In this document: positions 59,821 through 60,000 of the stretch, one piece after another
How positions within the stretch are numbered: the first letter of the stretch is position 1
How the letters are laid out: each line of letters starts with the position of its first letter
From: Vicugna vicugna
Taxonomy: Eukaryota
Assembly (NCBI GenBank): GCA_013265495.1
Contig: MU057887.1
Location: forward strand, 1,439,985-1,499,984
DNA length: 60,000 bases
Reading direction: 5' to 3'
Made by a program: the position numbers and the translations under genes
Notes under the pieces: model-generated
The model's input: only the letters and a program-made list of their open reading frames with translations
Told to the model about the DNA's origin: nothing
Databases searched by the model: none

Positions 59821-60000
59821 TTCTTTCATGTCCACCTTGAACTTGGTTGACATGACCTAGTCCACACATTCAGGACCCAGTGTTCAGAAGCGGTTGCAGC
59901 TGGTTCCCCTCTCCTGCCAGTCTCTGTCCCTCCCCACCTCTCCCTGGGATACGAGGGGCAGCCCACGTGCGCACAGTCTCGCGCAGGCAGGTAGCAGTGT

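Noticed and set aside
1..60000. A novel multi-gene system
   Set aside because: Everything recognisable fits a vertebrate CELSR1 promoter region, a neighbouring promoter and ordinary interspersed repeats; no unexplained coding or array structure was found.

Overview
GC-rich mammalian genomic DNA, most likely a camelid (alpaca or camel), judged from repeated tRNA-Ala-derived SINEs and artiodactyl-type L1 3' ends. The window holds the 5' end of CELSR1 on the minus strand: a giant first coding exon (6893-10493; signal peptide, pro-region, furin-type site, cadherin repeats EC1 to most of EC9), the start of intron 1 (1-6892) and its CpG-island promoter. About 29 kb of repeat-rich intergenic DNA follows. 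A second CpG island (~39.7-40.65 kb) carries a plus-strand first exon ending in CAGG|GTAAGC, which by synteny is probably an upstream first exon of GRAMD4; the rest is probably GRAMD4 intron. There are three N gaps. One sits between two near-identical 2,982-bp copies that look like uncollapsed haplotypes (assembly artefact). Nearly all other ORFs in the track are GC-rich noise. I found no convincing undescribed biological system. The best leads are a chimeric L1-headed poly(A) retro-insertion with TSDs, an overlapping uORF and hairpin in the CELSR1 leader, a three-layer nested TE, a near-intact tRNA-like SINE beside the promoter, and several candidate CTCF/enhancer elements. Repeat family names come from my recall of consensus sequences and their boundaries are approximate.
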